From: Marsupella aquatica
Lineage: Eukaryota; Plantae; Marchantiophyta
Length of the DNA: 64,000 bases
NCBI GenBank assembly: GCA_973895155.1
Contig: OZ316894.1
Span: 8,766,234-8,830,233, forward strand
Direction: 5' to 3'
A program made the position numbers and the translations under genes. Below, one piece after another: positions 62,344 through 64,000 of this stretch (position 1 is the first letter of the stretch; each line of letters starts with the position of its first letter). The notes under the pieces are model-generated. The model made no database searches. It was not told the origin of the DNA and was given only the letters and a program-made list of their open reading frames with translations.

Positions 62344-63529
62344 TTATTTACACAGCTTAAGCTTCTTAAAATATGACGCAACTTCATTTTTGGGGTAGGG
62401 TTTTGTGGCCAAGCATGTTGCATAATTTTCTGGCTGCTCGATCCAGAGTTTGTGAACTATTCCTCCTCCGTCCAACTTTTGAGCCAAATTCCGCAACTGT
62501 GTCTCCCCTTTCACTTCCAAAGTAACCTGCAAAACATGTCCACATCCGAGCCTAGAAGAGTCACGCCAGGCCACCTTCATGAACTACAACAGGACAGTTA
62601 AGATTGAATTTTCCCAGCGGAAGCTATCTCGTTCCAGTTTCTGTTCAATCGCACATTCACCAGTCGAGCAAGAAAGCAAGGAAAGGATTGTCATTGCTTT
62701 CACACGTACAAACACTTAAGAAGAAGTGCGGTCGCCATGAGCCATGAGGATAGAAGTTTAGGGTGGGGGGCAAGCGAGAATTATAAAATAAGAGACGCTT
62801 GAACACATGGAATGCACAACCAGATTTTACCAGTCAGGGTCGCATTTAAGCTCGTGTAAACCAATCCAAGCGCAACATTCGACCTCAACAAATTGAGCCT
62901 ACGCAGAAAGAACACTGCTCTCCACACCAAAAAATTCAAAGATTTTGCAGAGGGGCTGGGAAGAGGAGTACCTTGTGCATGTTATCCAAGCTATCAGGTG
63001 CACAATACTGCCGGGTGACAGGATCATCCTTGTGAAGCCATATGGCTGCCACAGCTGCATGACAGCCCTGGGATATGACACTGCCAAGAGGCCAATTGAG
63101 ACCCTCCACCAAGTCCTTTCTGATTACAATGTACTGAACGATTACATCGTCTCGAGAAGATTCAGGTCCAGTGGCAGTCACTTCTTCGACCGGCACAGGA
63201 CTGGCTGATGATTCGGAGCTCTGTCTGATACCAGCTGAAGTTGACGATGACAGAGACATTCTCCAAACCGAGGATGGAAAAGAAGAGGGTGACACGAATG
63301 TGTTCCTAGCACGTCTCCAGGATTTTAAGGTCCCAGTGGCAATGGCATGGCCAAAGTCACAGGTCTCAACTACAGAACCGGGCACGCGTAGCTGGCGACT
63401 CCGAACAACAGTGAGACCCTTATCGAAAAGAATTCGGAAGGATCCGACAGAGAAACTGACAGTGGATGATGCACACTCTAATGGAAATGTAGATTCCGAA
63501 AACGCTCTGAGAGCAGGTCTAAAATTCAT
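62344..63529 (-). CDS. PTRHD1: Putative peptidyl-tRNA hydrolase PTRHD1 (PTH2 family), 2 exons, N-terminal transit-like extension
   Basis: Exons 63529-62972 and 62526-62344 (GT-AG); VQYIVIRKDL, WPLGSVISQGCHAA, MHKVTLEV, HKLWIEQPEN, TCLATKPYPK. Start codon uncertain. Confidence 0.9.
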
Positions 63530-64000
63530 GAGTGAAAACTTCTCGCACCGGTGTTCAAGCTGACCACCTCTGGTGCTACGACAAACAAACTACCATGGCT
63601 GTCAATCTCGATCAGAAAACCCTTCAAAAGGACTAGTGAGCTGATGTTTAGATTCACAACAGACTGAGCCCATATGGGAAGCTCTCAGTGAAGGAAGCTG
63701 TCATTCGGAGACGGTTAGATCATCACCGAAATTCCGAAAGTTCGATTTCAATCTGTGCGGACTTCGGCATTCCACAAGGAGGGAGCCGTATGAATTTCTT
63801 TCTGTCTGCACATTACTCTGTGTTCGTTTCGAAGCCAGAGGCACGAGGGTTGGCAATTGGAGATCAACCTGACGAATGTGGAAAGGGTGGGATTCCTTCT
63901 TAAACCCTAAGTGCCAATATAATGCGGGAAATGAACAAACAATGATTTGAATGGACTTTAGGAAGAAAAAGGACCAATTCACTAAAACCATTTATTGCTA

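Overview
Eukaryotic, intron-rich land-plant nuclear DNA; a bryophyte/liverwort-like host is inferred, not proven. Host genes: a plant membrane protein (AT5G63040-like), PP6/FyPP phosphatase (10 exons, 303 aa), coilin, SNM1 nuclease, a 1488-aa single-exon orphan (Tudor-like + RING-H2 + five copies of an unrecognised motif), an intronless cathepsin B and PTRHD1. Relics include a TIP aquaporin pseudogene, an organelle-type tRNA-Arg(UCU), a solo LTR, a SINE-like head and several minisatellites. The standout is a decayed Ty3/gypsy retrotransposon (about 20.4-28.7 kb, minus strand) with the order gag (two zinc knuckles) - DNMT3-type C5 cytosine methyltransferase - RT - RNase H - integrase - PHD finger. 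It carries its own DNA-methylation writer and a putative histone reader. Its leader holds nine palindromic hairpins, and a 26-bp fold-back sits where the protease should be.
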